A DNA stretch of 24,553 bases from a virus (lineage: Duplodnaviria > Caudoviricetes): positions 1 through 24,553 of IMG/VR virus record IMGVR_UViG_3300022666_000179; one strand, given 5' to 3'. The position numbers and the translations under genes are program-made. Below are positions 24,492 to 24,553 of this stretch, piece by piece (positions within the stretch are counted from its first letter, which is position 1; every line of letters begins with the position of its first letter). The notes below the pieces were generated by a model that saw nothing but the letters and a program-made list of their open reading frames with translations, searched no databases and had not been told where the DNA came from.

Positions 24492-24553
24492 AGAGAATCA
24501 AACTGCCGGGGTTGAACAGGGAGATAGGGATACGGATGGTGAAGGAATCGGCT
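24488..24553 (+). CDS. Start of next gene, truncated by the window edge (MKRIKLPGLNREIGIRMVKESA...)
   Basis: ATGA overlap with the previous stop, GAGGT upstream, open to the end of the window. Confidence 0.65.
   Translation, partial: MKRIKLPGLNREIGIRMVKESA

Larger units (their letters stand above)
1..24553 (+). mobile_element. Mu-like (transposable) prophage, head and tail morphogenesis region, siphovirus-type tail; extends beyond both window edges
   Basis: Mu-type order gp27-gp28-gp29-gp30(F)-gp31(G)-gp32(I)-capsid-gp36-gp37-tail, all on the + strand with ATGA/GTGA/TGATG overlaps. No sheath or baseplate wedge gene recognised. Transposase and ends are not in the window, so transposability is inferred from head-gene families. 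Confidence 0.93.

Noticed and set aside
1-24553. Complete DGR (template repeat plus reverse transcriptase) within the window
   Set aside because: No ORF with RT motifs and no AAC/AAT-rich second copy of the VR found by eye on either strand.
12079-24553. Mu-type contractile tail or invertible G segment
   Set aside because: No sheath, baseplate wedge, invertase or gix-like inverted repeats recognised in the window.

Overview
The window is the late (morphogenesis) operon of a Mu-like transposable prophage with a non-contractile siphovirus-type tail. Every credible gene is on the + strand, and most are translationally coupled. Gene order: TraR/DksA zinc finger, two small genes, Mu gp27/gp28 terminase, DUF935 portal, MuF with a C-terminal PBECR2-like nuclease domain, gpG morphogenesis protein, a structured intergenic region, protease I with nested scaffold, lambda-D-like decoration protein, lambda-E-like major capsid, an inserted three-gene cassette carrying a BPP-1 Mtd-like protein, gp36/gp37 connectors, tail tube, frameshifting tail chaperone, an inserted four-gene fibre cassette, tape measure and three tail-tip genes. 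Four observations stand out. (1) A minus-strand sigma70-type promoter and a ~85-nt nested hairpin lie antisense to the 3' end of MuF-PBECR2, with no immunity ORF; this is a candidate RNA antitoxin. (2) An Mtd-like protein with a DGR-type variable region sits in the head module, with no template repeat or reverse transcriptase in the window. (3) Three 57-nt GTAG REP doublets abut the Shine-Dalgarno sites of the high-copy virion genes. (4) The 1105-aa tail gene contains an internal RBS/start and a -1 slippery site that bracket a low-GC module. All family assignments come from motif recognition and synteny by eye; no database search was run.
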